Virus record (IMG/VR): IMGVR_UViG_3300015082_000001
Location: 1 to 56,904 of that record
Strand: one strand, 5' to 3'
DNA from: a virus
Lineage: Duplodnaviria; Caudoviricetes
Length of the DNA: 56,904 bases
Shown: positions 29,580 to 38,668 of the stretch, piece by piece
Position numbering within the stretch: the first letter of the stretch is position 1
Layout of the letters: each line of letters begins with the position of its first letter
Translations under genes and position numbers: made by a program
Notes under the pieces: model-generated
What the model was told of the DNA's origin: nothing
Databases searched by the model: none
Seen by the model: the letters and a program-made list of their open reading frames with translations, nothing else

Positions 29580-29825
29580 ATGCTCGGAACTAAGGTACAT
29601 GGCAAAGCAGCGAAGATCATCATGGATGTGGATGGTACGGATGAACCCATCTTTGTACTGAGAGCGAAAGACATCTTCGCTACTATGGCGATCGTCGAGT
29701 ATCTCAGGGTAGTTGACTCCTATGCCCCAGATGACCATGAGTTTGAGGAATCTATTGTCAATATCCTTGAGCGGTTCAAGACCTGGCAAAAGGAGAACAT
29801 TCAACGCGTGAGATACCCAGATTGA
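29580..29825 (+). CDS. hypothetical protein
   Basis: DEPIFVLRAKD motif; AGGAG RBS. Confidence 0.65.
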   Translation: MLGTKVHGKAAKIIMDVDGTDEPIFVLRAKDIFATMAIVEYLRVVDSYAPDDHEFEESIVNILERFKTWQKENIQRVRYPD

Positions 29826-30049
29826 TGGCTACATATCGTGGGCACATGAGGAGTGGTAATCCCTATCGGATGCCCTGGCATGCTCGGGTTAAGGTAGATC
29901 ATATAGATTTTTCTCTAGGGTACTATGAAACTGAGGAGGAAGCGATTCAAGTTGAGAATGAGTTTAGACTACGTCTGACCGGGAAAGCCCAAAACAGATT
30001 GAGAAAACATGCGAGCGTTTCGAGCGCCGACGTTAACTGCCCTACATGA
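29822..30049 (+). CDS. stand-alone AP2-like DNA-binding domain protein
   Basis: WHARVKV....SLGYYETEEEA. Confidence 0.65.
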   Translation: MMATYRGHMRSGNPYRMPWHARVKVDHIDFSLGYYETEEEAIQVENEFRLRLTGKAQNRLRKHASVSSADVNCPT

Positions 30050-31037
30050 CCGACTCTGTGAAACACTGATCCATGCCCAACCGCATGAGCTAGACCTTGT
30101 TACTTCCGTAGATGTTCAGATCCACAATACCATGTGTGAAGCCCAGTCTATGGACTGGGAGTTTAATCTTAAGAACATGTGGTTGACTAAGGGTCGCTGG
30201 TCTATGATGGTAAAGCAATACCTAGACCCAGATGATCTAACATTCTGGTTAGGTAAGTGCGTAGCAGGGATCGGGCTCAAAGGGAGGGGAATCAGTGTAC
30301 TGCGTACGAGAGTGGTTAAACCCCGTGGAGGAGCACACGTGGGAAATAGGGAGACTCGGAGGTGGGGGTCCTGTATGCTTAATCTATCATACAAGGCTAT
30401 CCCCCAGCCTCAGATCACACTCTATTCCAGAACATCGTATCTGGGTTACATCGGAGCTCTTGATCTTTCAGTGGCATGGATGGCAGCTAGATATCTGGCC
30501 AAAGAGATGGATGTCCATGTTGAGGACTTTAGTTTCCTCTGGTATAACCAGGCTTTACAGTGGCATAACTTCAAGAGCCTGGCTTATATGCTCAACCATC
30601 ATGACCCCGAGAAGCGCAAGCGGTATCGAAGACTTATGCTCACGCCCGAACCGAAACTCACAGGGGAGGAACATCTCTTCGTCACCTCGTCCCCTGCCCT
30701 AACTATGTCAAGGGCGTGGATTCAGAAGGTCATTGCTGAGGATAAGCGGCATGATACTCTGGGAGATATGACTTACAATACATACCGCCGTATTCGTCGG
30801 CGCTACCACACCGAAGTTCGTGGGTATGAATATGCCAAGCAGTTCGAGGGATGGTCTTACCACACCAAGGGTGAGCAAATGGGTGAACCCAAAGAGTTCT
30901 TCAAGGCTTATCAGCCTCTACCCTCTATTGATATCCATGACTGTGACTTCAAGAATATCGGTCTCCCGTTTGACCGATCTCTTGGAGTTCAGATGAATGA
31001 TGAGGTTTCAGATGAGGATGAGGACGAGGATGAGTAA
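30009..31037 (+). CDS. divergent thymidylate-synthase-fold protein
   Basis: GSCMLNLSY...ITLYSRTSYLGYIGALD...A..LA aligns to the TS C..Q/RS.D..G...N core. Confidence 0.65.
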   Translation: MRAFRAPTLTALHDRLCETLIHAQPHELDLVTSVDVQIHNTMCEAQSMDWEFNLKNMWLTKGRWSMMVKQYLDPDDLTFWLGKCVAGIGLKGRGISVLRTRVVKPRGGAHVGNRETRRWGSCMLNLSYKAIPQPQITLYSRTSYLGYIGALDLSVAWMAARYLAKEMDVHVEDFSFLWYNQALQWHNFKSLAYMLNHHDPEKRKRYRRLMLTPEPKLTGEEHLFVTSSPALTMSRAWIQKVIAEDKRHDTLGDMTYNTYRRIRRRYHTEVRGYEYAKQFEGWSYHTKGEQMGEPKEFFKAYQPLPSIDIHDCDFKNIGLPFDRSLGVQMNDEVSDEDEDEDE

Positions 31038-31054
31038 AAATGTACCTCCTCGAT

Positions 31055-31083
31055 TTGACTTGGAGTGACAGATCTGATATAAT
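31055..31083 (+). promoter_or_regulatory. extended -10 promoter
   Basis: TTGACT-17-TATAAT, TGA before -10. Confidence 0.85.
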
Positions 31084-31136
31084 GGGGTTGATGATGAGGG
31101 GGAATGCCCTCGCACACTATAAGTTAAGGGGGATGG

Positions 31137-31286
31137 ATGAAGGTCAGTGAATACATCGAGAAACTTCAGGCACTAAGAGTTGACCATGGAGATCTTGAGT
31201 GCGTCGATACTCGAGATAATCCCATGCCTAACCCAGAGTTCAATGATGATGTTGAACCCTGTTTCGTTCTGGCGGAAGATGGATGA
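31137..31286 (+). CDS. 49-aa hypothetical protein (not in ORF track)
   Basis: MKVSEYIEKLQALRVDHGD..; RBS AAGGGGG; stop overlaps next ATG. Confidence 0.6.
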   Translation: MKVSEYIEKLQALRVDHGDLECVDTRDNPMPNPEFNDDVEPCFVLAEDG

Positions 31287-31372
31287 TTGTTCTTCAGGCC
31301 CTGTTAGTTTGGCTTAACCTCTCCTTCATAGTTGCGGGTCTTTTTTCTTGGACTCTAAGGCATACTCGGTGA
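31283..31372 (+). CDS. 29-aa single-TM peptide (not in ORF track)
   Basis: MIVLQALLVWLNLSFIVAGLFSWTLRHTR; ATGA/GTGA coupled. Confidence 0.55.
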   Translation: MIVLQALLVWLNLSFIVAGLFSWTLRHTR

Positions 31373-31458
31373 CTCTTAAGCAACGTTGGCTGATTATTCT
31401 CATGCTCTTCATCGCCTACTTCATTACAGTAGGGTTACTTGTTTGGAGGATGGGATGA
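31369..31458 (+). CDS. 29-aa single-TM peptide (not in ORF track)
   Basis: MTLKQRWLIILMLFIAYFITVGLLVWRMG; GTGA/ATGA coupled. Confidence 0.55.
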   Translation: MTLKQRWLIILMLFIAYFITVGLLVWRMG

Positions 31459-31598
31459 ACATCGTGGATCGAATCAAGCAGCTGACGTGTCCTAAGTGTC
31501 AAACGAAAGGGAGGTTGTTACCTGGCTCATTCTACAGTAGACTCAGAGTTCGTTGTCTCAACTGTGGTGCAGTCCTCAATCTAAGGAGAAAAAAGTGA
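31455..31598 (+). CDS. small Zn-ribbon protein
   Basis: CPKC..CLNC; coupled start. Confidence 0.6.
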   Translation: MNIVDRIKQLTCPKCQTKGRLLPGSFYSRLRVRCLNCGAVLNLRRKK

Positions 31599-31750
31599 TT
31601 AACTGGGCAGCCCTAGATCGAGCTATTACCATTACTGGTATGGCGGCGACAGATACCACTGTGAAACCTGTTGAGTTGGCTAAGCAGGTACTAGAGATTA
31701 GGGATATGATTCTATCAGCAGACACCGACACAGATAAGGAGGAGTCATGA
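31595..31750 (+). CDS. hypothetical protein
   Basis: GTG after AAGGAG; coupled. Confidence 0.55.
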   Translation: MINWAALDRAITITGMAATDTTVKPVELAKQVLEIRDMILSADTDTDKEES

Positions 31751-31944
31751 ACTGGAAAGAGTTTAAGGAAGAAGTTGAAGGGGTTGTTCCCCCAGAGGGT
31801 GTGGACATCAACGAGTGGGAGGTTATCATCACAGTCAGAGGCGAACGGCAACATGAGTTTGCTCCTACTGGGATTGCTTACGATGAGGATACAGACAATG
31901 AGGAGCCCCAGCCCTTCATCATCATCGAGGCTCGTCGGCAATGA
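31747..31944 (+). CDS. acidic hypothetical protein
   Basis: AGGAGG RBS; coupled. Confidence 0.65.
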   Translation: MNWKEFKEEVEGVVPPEGVDINEWEVIITVRGERQHEFAPTGIAYDEDTDNEEPQPFIIIEARRQ

Positions 31945-32654
31945 GATCTTTCAGGAACTTCATTGATGCGAAGAATGAGATCACACGAGACCTCAATGAA
32001 CTTGGCATATCTGTCTTCGCAGGCTACCAGTCCAAGGAGGTGAGCGAGGCGGATGTAGAGAAACTCACGACCAAGGAACTGAGAGACTATGATTACATCG
32101 TTCTTCAGCCTAACCCACTCGATCTAAGGCCCACACAACCTTGGGCTGATGCGGAATGGGCTGAGCGGCGCAAGGGTATCAATGGAAACCCGCTTAACCC
32201 GGGGCGAGCCTGGAAACTGCGACCGGATGTGTGGGAACCTTTGCTCGAGGATGTAAGTATTAGACCGGGAGAGATTGAGCAACGTTTCTCCTATACTTAC
32301 GCAGCACGCTTGGCGGTGAATGATATTCCTCATATGTTAACTGAGATGAGGAAACATCCCACCTCTAGACAGATCTACATCAGCATCTGGAACCCTCAAC
32401 TAGATAGTCAACGGGTAGGAAGGCGGCGAGTACCTTGCACCTTGGGTTATCAGATCATGTATCGGAATGGGAAGATCGACATCGCATACCATATGCGGTC
32501 TTCAGACTTTGCTACCCATTTCGACAATGACATCTGGCTTGCCTTGCAACTTCAGCAGTTCTTTGCAACTGCCTTAGATCAACCCATCGGCACCTTCACC
32601 CATAAGATAGGGAGTCTGCATGTTTACGCAAGCGAGGTAAGTCATGCCTTCTGA
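31941..32654 (+). CDS. thymidylate-synthase family enzyme, dCMP hydroxymethylase/methylase type
   Basis: SRQIYISIW, PCTLGYQ, MRSSDFATHFDND (Asp at the ThyA Asn177 position, as in T4 gp42), GSLHVY. Confidence 0.85.
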   Translation: MRSFRNFIDAKNEITRDLNELGISVFAGYQSKEVSEADVEKLTTKELRDYDYIVLQPNPLDLRPTQPWADAEWAERRKGINGNPLNPGRAWKLRPDVWEPLLEDVSIRPGEIEQRFSYTYAARLAVNDIPHMLTEMRKHPTSRQIYISIWNPQLDSQRVGRRRVPCTLGYQIMYRNGKIDIAYHMRSSDFATHFDNDIWLALQLQQFFATALDQPIGTFTHKIGSLHVYASEVSHAF

Positions 32655-32991
32655 TCTTCCTGGTATGCCTAACAATGGCATGCCGCCCAATATCGAAGAG
32701 TTGGTAGGTAGACTCCAGCAACAATCTGAGCAACAGAATCAGTTCATCGACCCCTTCTCCTCTCATGGTATGCCTCTTCATCCTGACAAGGTTGACTGGT
32801 GGGCTGAGGGTGCACAGGATGCTGAGGGGAGGGCCTACTGCCTCCTCTATGTGATGTCTGCCAATAGCCTTGCGAGGGTATGGCTTAACACTCAGGACAT
32901 AACTAAGTTTATCGGTTTCCTTGAAGAGATCAAAACTAAGATGGGTCCCATAGTTCCTCCCCCGCCAGGTTTTCATGTCCCAAGAGCCTGA
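32644..32991 (+). CDS. hypothetical protein
   Basis: ORF with GAGG RBS. Confidence 0.6.
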   Translation: MPSDLPGMPNNGMPPNIEELVGRLQQQSEQQNQFIDPFSSHGMPLHPDKVDWWAEGAQDAEGRAYCLLYVMSANSLARVWLNTQDITKFIGFLEEIKTKMGPIVPPPPGFHVPRA

Positions 32992-33224
32992 TGCCTCCGA
33001 CCGAGCATCTTTGCCATCACCCGAGGTGTTACCTCGTAGTACCGAGGAGACTTCTCGCGTGCTCCCGCCATTGGTATCAACTGCCCAAGAAGCTCAGGAA
33101 CAAGGTGTGGACCGCATACAATCCTGGGCAAGAGACCCGTGGGGACATATCAGACGAATACAATCAAGTCATGAAGGAAGTTCAGGCATGGTGGAAGAGC
33201 CACTTAGACCAACCCGCGACGTAG
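32991..33224 (+). CDS. small Cys/His-rich protein
   Basis: HLC..C..LAC..HW..LP pattern. Confidence 0.6.
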   Translation: MPPTEHLCHHPRCYLVVPRRLLACSRHWYQLPKKLRNKVWTAYNPGQETRGDISDEYNQVMKEVQAWWKSHLDQPAT

Positions 33225-33637
33225 TGTTAATGGAGATAGCACATGTCATCGCCAAAAGATCTACCTGTAGTAGAGCTCAGGTGGGCGCGCTCATCTGCAC
33301 AGCAGGTCGCATACTTAGCACAGGCTATAACGGCGCTCCTGCGGGAATGGCCCACTGCAACCATCGTTATCAGCCCCCCGACGATCCTCGTGGGTGCAAC
33401 ACTGCAGTCCATGCAGAAGCGAACGCTGTTGCTTGGGCCGCCCGTTACGGAGTTCGAACTGAAGGAGCTACTCTCTACAGTACCCTCGCTCCTTGTCTCG
33501 CGTGCGCACAACTGATTATCAACTGCGGAATCAAGCGAGTAATCTTTGGTACAAGGTATCGTGATCCTGCAGGTTTCCAACTTCTTGCTGCAGTAGGGAT
33601 AGTAATGTATAACCTTTCTCAAGAAGATGATGTCTAG
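33188..33637 (+). CDS. dCMP deaminase
   Basis: RSTC..VGA, TGYNG, HAEANA, PCLAC. Confidence 0.93.
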   Translation: MVEEPLRPTRDVVLMEIAHVIAKRSTCSRAQVGALICTAGRILSTGYNGAPAGMAHCNHRYQPPDDPRGCNTAVHAEANAVAWAARYGVRTEGATLYSTLAPCLACAQLIINCGIKRVIFGTRYRDPAGFQLLAAVGIVMYNLSQEDDV

Positions 33638-36110
33638 TATCGAGGATCTCCTCAATCCGAACTGCACGAAGTGTAAGTTACATAAGTACACAGAGTATGT
33701 GTGTGATCCCGGGTGGGGAAACTTTGATCCACACATAATGGTTGTGAGCAAGATGAGTAACTCAGTTACTTACCAGAGAAGTTTAGAGGCTGACTTAGCT
33801 GAGGCTGGTCTTGAGCCTCAAGATATGTATTGGACTGCGGCACTGAAGTGCAAGACCTTCGATGCTAATGCCAGTAACCTTGATGTCAAGATGTGCAGGG
33901 AGTATCTGGATATCGAGATAGAACACTTCAAACCTAAGTGGATACTGAGCTTAGGTAACGAAGCATTGTTTTCGACTACAGGACACTCAGGGATCACCAA
34001 GTATCGCGGGCGCGTAATCACTAAGGGCGACTATTCCGTGTTCCCTACAATCTCCCCAGCATCTGTGATGCGCAACCCTGGTCAGCGTCAAGCGTATATG
34101 GCTGATCTACAGCTCTTTGCTGCTCATGTCTATGAGAAATCTAGCACAGTACCCCAGCCTACTATCTGGGTTGTTAATACCAAGCGCAAGGTTGAACAGC
34201 TCAAAGGTATGCTTGAGGTAGCTGACCTGGTGTCCTATGACATAGAAACCACCCGCGACGATGAAAGGGTAGGTAAGATCGTATGCCTCTGTGGTACTAT
34301 ACCCAAAGCTATGAAGGACCGCTCGGGCGAGCCCAGAAATATCACATTTGCTCTGCCGCTTTTCCACCCTCAGAGCCCCTTCAAGGCGGTGTGGAGGAGC
34401 TTGTTGCGGCATATTTCGACCTCGTTCCAGAGAGTTCCAAAGCAGGTCGCCCACAATGGCAAGTTCGACTCCAAGTGGTTGAGGCAGTATGGGGTCGAGG
34501 CAAGGGTTTCTTTCGATACGATGATAGCGGCTCACATCTTAGACGAGAATCGCCAGAAGGGTCTAAAGCCCCAGGCGAGTTCAAGACTGGGAGTGGCACC
34601 ATGGGCGATAGAAACAAAGGACTTACTGAATACCTCACTAAATCAGGTCTTACGATACTGTAGTCTTGATACCTGGTATACCTATCATATCTACCTAGAC
34701 ATTCGAGCTGAGTTGATCGAGCAACCTCGGTTAGCTCGTATCTTCAGTAAGATCCTTATGCCTGCAGGCGAGATCTTTACTGAAGCTGAGATGAGGGGGA
34801 TATGGATAGATAGAGAACGACTTGCTACGAATACCAAGATAGCGGGAGACATGATCGAGGATATCACCCACAATCTAATGCAGTGGGTGCCTACATCTAA
34901 AGATACAATGTGGCCCACTTACAAAAATGGGAAGGAGGTTGGGATAAACTTTGCACCCTCAATCTTCTCGAGGTGGTTGCTTTTCAAGCATTTAGGATTG
35001 CCTATCTTGGCAAGGGGGAAAGAAAAGCCTGATGGTAGTCCTGGCGATCCTAGCATGGCTGAGGGGGTTATGCTAGAGCTTAAGGGTCATCACCCCGTCA
35101 TCGAGGTTATGCTTAAGCGACAAGGCTGGCTGAAGAACTCACAGTTCCTACAAGCCTACGAGGAGTTGGCAGACGACAATGACAGAGTCCACACCACCTT
35201 TAAACTTTATGGAACAGTTACGGGGAGGCTCTCTTCGGGAAAAGCTGAAGCTGATAAAGTCTCAGGACGTGCTCCAATCAGGGGTATTAACTTGCAGCAA
35301 GTGCCTCGGGATGTATTTATCCGAGGACTCTTCGGGGCAGCACCTGGTTTCACGTTTGTTGAGGTCGATTTCTCTCAGGTCGAGCTACGCGTGGTGGCTT
35401 TTTTATCTCGAGATAGGACGATGCTGCATCTGTACCAGACGGGCCAGGATATACATCGGGCTACGGCTGCATGGGTCCTGGGGATTCCTGCCTCTAGAAT
35501 AGATAAGGTTCAACGCAAGAAAGCTAAGGCAGTTAATTTCGGTTTCGCTTATGGCATGGGTGCTAAAAAGTTTGTACAAACTGCCTTCGAGAAATACGAA
35601 CTTCACTTCACTCTAGATGAGGCACAAGGGATTCGTCGTCAGTTCTTTGAACGCTTCTCTGGGTTGCTGCCCTGGCATGCTAGGCAACGGAGGTTGGTGC
35701 ATGAGTACGCTCGAGTTCAAAGTCCTATTGGTCGTGTTCGGCATCTACCTGATATTCGTTCTCAAGACCCGAACGTGGTAGCTGAAGCAGAGAGGCAAGC
35801 GATAAATAGCCCCGTGCAATCTTTTGCCTCAGATATGAATCTGCTTGGCATGATTACTACAAAGAAAGCATTCGAGGAGGAAGGCCTCGAGGCTCACATT
35901 GTGGGCAATGTTCATGATGCCACTTTGTTTGAGATCAAGACTGAGCAGGTACCTCGAGCTCTCTCCATCATCAAGTATAAGTTCGAGCATCTACCCCTCA
36001 AGAAGATGTTCGGTGTGGAGATGGACGTCCCTATAGTTGCGGACTTGAAGACAGGGGGTTGGTGGGGGGATGCGGTTGAAGTTGATCCGAAAGAGATTGA
36101 GGATTATTGA
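33627..36110 (+). CDS. DNA polymerase, family A, with N-terminal UDG-4-like domain and 3'-5' exonuclease
   Basis: CTKC..C-x14-C UDG-4 cysteines; YDIETT, HNGKFD; TGRLSS, DFSQVELR, KAVNFGFAYG, VHDA. Confidence 0.95.
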   Translation: MMSSIEDLLNPNCTKCKLHKYTEYVCDPGWGNFDPHIMVVSKMSNSVTYQRSLEADLAEAGLEPQDMYWTAALKCKTFDANASNLDVKMCREYLDIEIEHFKPKWILSLGNEALFSTTGHSGITKYRGRVITKGDYSVFPTISPASVMRNPGQRQAYMADLQLFAAHVYEKSSTVPQPTIWVVNTKRKVEQLKGMLEVADLVSYDIETTRDDERVGKIVCLCGTIPKAMKDRSGEPRNITFALPLFHPQSPFKAVWRSLLRHISTSFQRVPKQVAHNGKFDSKWLRQYGVEARVSFDTMIAAHILDENRQKGLKPQASSRLGVAPWAIETKDLLNTSLNQVLRYCSLDTWYTYHIYLDIRAELIEQPRLARIFSKILMPAGEIFTEAEMRGIWIDRERLATNTKIAGDMIEDITHNLMQWVPTSKDTMWPTYKNGKEVGINFAPSIFSRWLLFKHLGLPILARGKEKPDGSPGDPSMAEGVMLELKGHHPVIEVMLKRQGWLKNSQFLQAYEELADDNDRVHTTFKLYGTVTGRLSSGKAEADKVSGRAPIRGINLQQVPRDVFIRGLFGAAPGFTFVEVDFSQVELRVVAFLSRDRTMLHLYQTGQDIHRATAAWVLGIPASRIDKVQRKKAKAVNFGFAYGMGAKKFVQTAFEKYELHFTLDEAQGIRRQFFERFSGLLPWHARQRRLVHEYARVQSPIGRVRHLPDIRSQDPNVVAEAERQAINSPVQSFASDMNLLGMITTKKAFEEEGLEAHIVGNVHDATLFEIKTEQVPRALSIIKYKFEHLPLKKMFGVEMDVPIVADLKTGGWWGDAVEVDPKEIEDY

Positions 36111-36135
36111 CATGGAGAGTGAGATATGATATGAT
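36107..36135 (+). promoter_or_regulatory. extended -10 promoter
   Basis: TTGACA-17-TATGAT, TGA before -10. Confidence 0.8.
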
Positions 36136-36155
36136 TCTACAGATGAGCGAGGAGC

Positions 36156-37208
36156 ATGATGGGTAGCATCTACAGGGACCCCGAAACTGGGGCAAGTATT
36201 GCCACACATTCGATGTTGAAAACGTTTCGTCGTTGTCCTATGCAGACGAGGTATAAATACCTCCTACGTCTAAAGCCTAAGATAACTGGGAAGCCACTAC
36301 ATCGAGGCTCCTGGATTCACAAACTGTTAGAGGTTCACTACAAAGGGGGAGACTGGGAGGCAGAACATCAGCAACTGAGTCTCAAGTTCAATGAGATGTT
36401 TGATGAAGAAAAGGAGCAATATGGGGATCTACCTCGAGAGATACGCCAACTTATGCAGTCTTATTTCTGGCACTATCAGAAGCATGATTGGAAGATACTA
36501 GATGTCGAGTTCACCCTCGAAACTGAACTTCCAGATGGCACCTTCTACCGAGGAAAAATCGACCTACTCGTTGAAGATCAGTATGGACTCTGGATTGTTG
36601 ACCATAAGTCTCATAAGCGACTCCCGGAGTTTGGATATCGACTCCTCGACTCCCAATCCGCTCTCTATATCTGGGCTGCGCTGCGCAACCATATACCAGT
36701 GCAAGGTCACATCTGGAACTACATTAGAACGAAGTCTCCCACTGTCCCCCAGCTTCTTAAAACAGGTGATCGAATCTCACGGCGTGCGATTGATACCGAC
36801 TACCTCACTTACGGACGAGCTCTAAAGAAGTATGGAATCTCTATCACAGGAGACTACGCCCTTAGACTTAGGCAACTCAAGGCTCAGCAATACCAGCATG
36901 GAGAACCTCAACTCTCAAGTTTCTTCAGACGAGATATACTGGAGAAGTCTAATGAGATGGTACGAAGAGTCGCCCAGGAAGGATATCACACCGCGAGGAG
37001 AATGAATGATTATCCATGGGACAAGGAAGGATCCATCGAGCGAGTTCCTGACCGAAGCTGCACTTTCACATGCGACTACATGGACCTCTGCACCACTGAA
37101 CTCTTTGGTGGAGATATCCGCCCCCTTATCCGACAAAGATACCAAGTTATCGATCCCATGTACTACTATTACGACGAGCGAGAAGGACATGAAAAAGGAG
37201 ACGGATGA
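36156..37208 (+). CDS. PD-(D/E)XK RecB/Cas4-like exonuclease
   Basis: THSML..F..CP, GKIDL..IVDHKS, C-terminal C...C....C. Confidence 0.88.
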   Translation: MMGSIYRDPETGASIATHSMLKTFRRCPMQTRYKYLLRLKPKITGKPLHRGSWIHKLLEVHYKGGDWEAEHQQLSLKFNEMFDEEKEQYGDLPREIRQLMQSYFWHYQKHDWKILDVEFTLETELPDGTFYRGKIDLLVEDQYGLWIVDHKSHKRLPEFGYRLLDSQSALYIWAALRNHIPVQGHIWNYIRTKSPTVPQLLKTGDRISRRAIDTDYLTYGRALKKYGISITGDYALRLRQLKAQQYQHGEPQLSSFFRRDILEKSNEMVRRVAQEGYHTARRMNDYPWDKEGSIERVPDRSCTFTCDYMDLCTTELFGGDIRPLIRQRYQVIDPMYYYYDEREGHEKGDG

Positions 37209-37555
37209 CCACACTATCATCATCCCGGAAGACATCGAAAGCCAAAACATCCACAAACGGTCATGGAGTACAGAGCAAGAAAACTCCCATGATGCAAGGA
37301 TCCCTCCCTTTGACCTCGAGTTTACCGAAGTCTGGTGGGTCAGAAAAGTTCCTAGAACACCCATTCACTCTAACTCTGCACTTCGAGATTCAAGGGTACG
37401 GGAAAACGCCGCAACACGCGAGGGCTATGGCGATCAGGGCCCGACGACGTCTATCCCTTGACCATCCTCAAGGAATCAAGGTAGGCATCTGGTGCACAGA
37501 AGAGATGCTTGAAGCCGAGGATATCCCAGTAGAAGATCCAGATCATCATGGCTGA
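37205..37555 (+). CDS. hypothetical protein
   Basis: coupled ORF. Confidence 0.5.
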   Translation: MTTLSSSRKTSKAKTSTNGHGVQSKKTPMMQGSLPLTSSLPKSGGSEKFLEHPFTLTLHFEIQGYGKTPQHARAMAIRARRRLSLDHPQGIKVGIWCTEEMLEAEDIPVEDPDHHG

Positions 37556-37793
37556 GACCTATTCCAAAACAGATGTACTTCAGGTTTTACTAGATACTCA
37601 AGTACTAGCGGGAGATTTGTTTGATGCAGTAGAAGCTGATACATTCGTAGTGACCCGAGAGTTGATAGAACGACTAGGTAACTTAGTTAGTAGGTTAGCA
37701 CCACTTCATCGTCTGATGGTTATAGAATATGCTTTCTCTAGTCGGATAACTGCTGATTTCTTCTCTGATATGAGAAAGGGACTAAATGGTTGA
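37548..37793 (+). CDS. hypothetical protein
   Basis: overlapping-coupled ORF. Confidence 0.55.
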   Translation: MAETYSKTDVLQVLLDTQVLAGDLFDAVEADTFVVTRELIERLGNLVSRLAPLHRLMVIEYAFSSRITADFFSDMRKGLNG

Positions 37794-38595
37794 AAAGAAT
37801 TACCTTGCGTTAGCTAAGAAGGCAGTAACTCGACCAAAGGATCACGAGGGTTACCGCAAGATCTTGATTTATGCCCGCAATAAGAAGGGCAAAACTACCT
37901 TCGGTTGCTCGGCGGGTGTGGAGAATACTTTAGTGCTGGACCCCGAAGATGGCACTGATACTATGAAAACTCTCAATCCATACCGTTGGCCTATCCGGAG
38001 GTGGGAGGATGTCTCGGACGCATACGGTGCTCTTCGTACTGGGAAACTTAGTCCTGCTCTACTCGCTATGGGTAGTTCTAAGCAACCCTTTACGTGGGTT
38101 TCTGTTGATGGGCTTACTCGGATTAATAACTTTGCGCTACATTATGTCCGGAGAAAGCGAGAAGAATCAAACCTCGAGCAACGACCAGGAATGATTGACC
38201 GCCGAGACTACTTCAAGTCTGGTGAACTGATGAAGCAGCTCCTGGCCAACTTCCACACCCTCAAGATGAATGTGGTCTACACCGCGCAGGAACGAGTGAT
38301 TGGGAGTAACTCAGATGACCCTGAAGAAGAAGAGGCGCAGATGTTTGTACCTGACCTTCCGAATGCCGTACGAGGTTCCGCTAACAGCCTCGTCGAAGTC
38401 ATCGGAAGACTCTATGTGGCAACTGCACAGTTTAAGGACAAAGCGGGTAACGTGGTGGAGAAAAAACAAAGAAGACTTTGGCTCAGCATCCACGACTCTT
38501 ACGACACAGGATATAGATCGGATTATGAGCTCCCTGACTTCATCCGCAATCCTACACTACCTAAGTTAGTCTCAACAATGATGACTGGCGAATGA
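37786..38595 (+). CDS. AAA_24/Sak4-like ATPase (recombination)
   Basis: IYARNKKGKTTF, VSVDGLT, VVYTAQE; located between exonuclease and SSB. Confidence 0.82.
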   Translation: MVEKNYLALAKKAVTRPKDHEGYRKILIYARNKKGKTTFGCSAGVENTLVLDPEDGTDTMKTLNPYRWPIRRWEDVSDAYGALRTGKLSPALLAMGSSKQPFTWVSVDGLTRINNFALHYVRRKREESNLEQRPGMIDRRDYFKSGELMKQLLANFHTLKMNVVYTAQERVIGSNSDDPEEEEAQMFVPDLPNAVRGSANSLVEVIGRLYVATAQFKDKAGNVVEKKQRRLWLSIHDSYDTGYRSDYELPDFIRNPTLPKLVSTMMTGE

Positions 38596-38630
38596 GAAAG
38601 TGGGGTATTGTCCAAAAGTTTTCTAGGTCA

Positions 38631-38659
38631 TTGACAAGCGGAAGGGGAACTGATATAAT
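38631..38659 (+). promoter_or_regulatory. extended -10 promoter
   Basis: TTGACA-17-TATAAT followed by GACTATGCGATG. Confidence 0.9.
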
Positions 38660-38668
38660 GACTATGCG

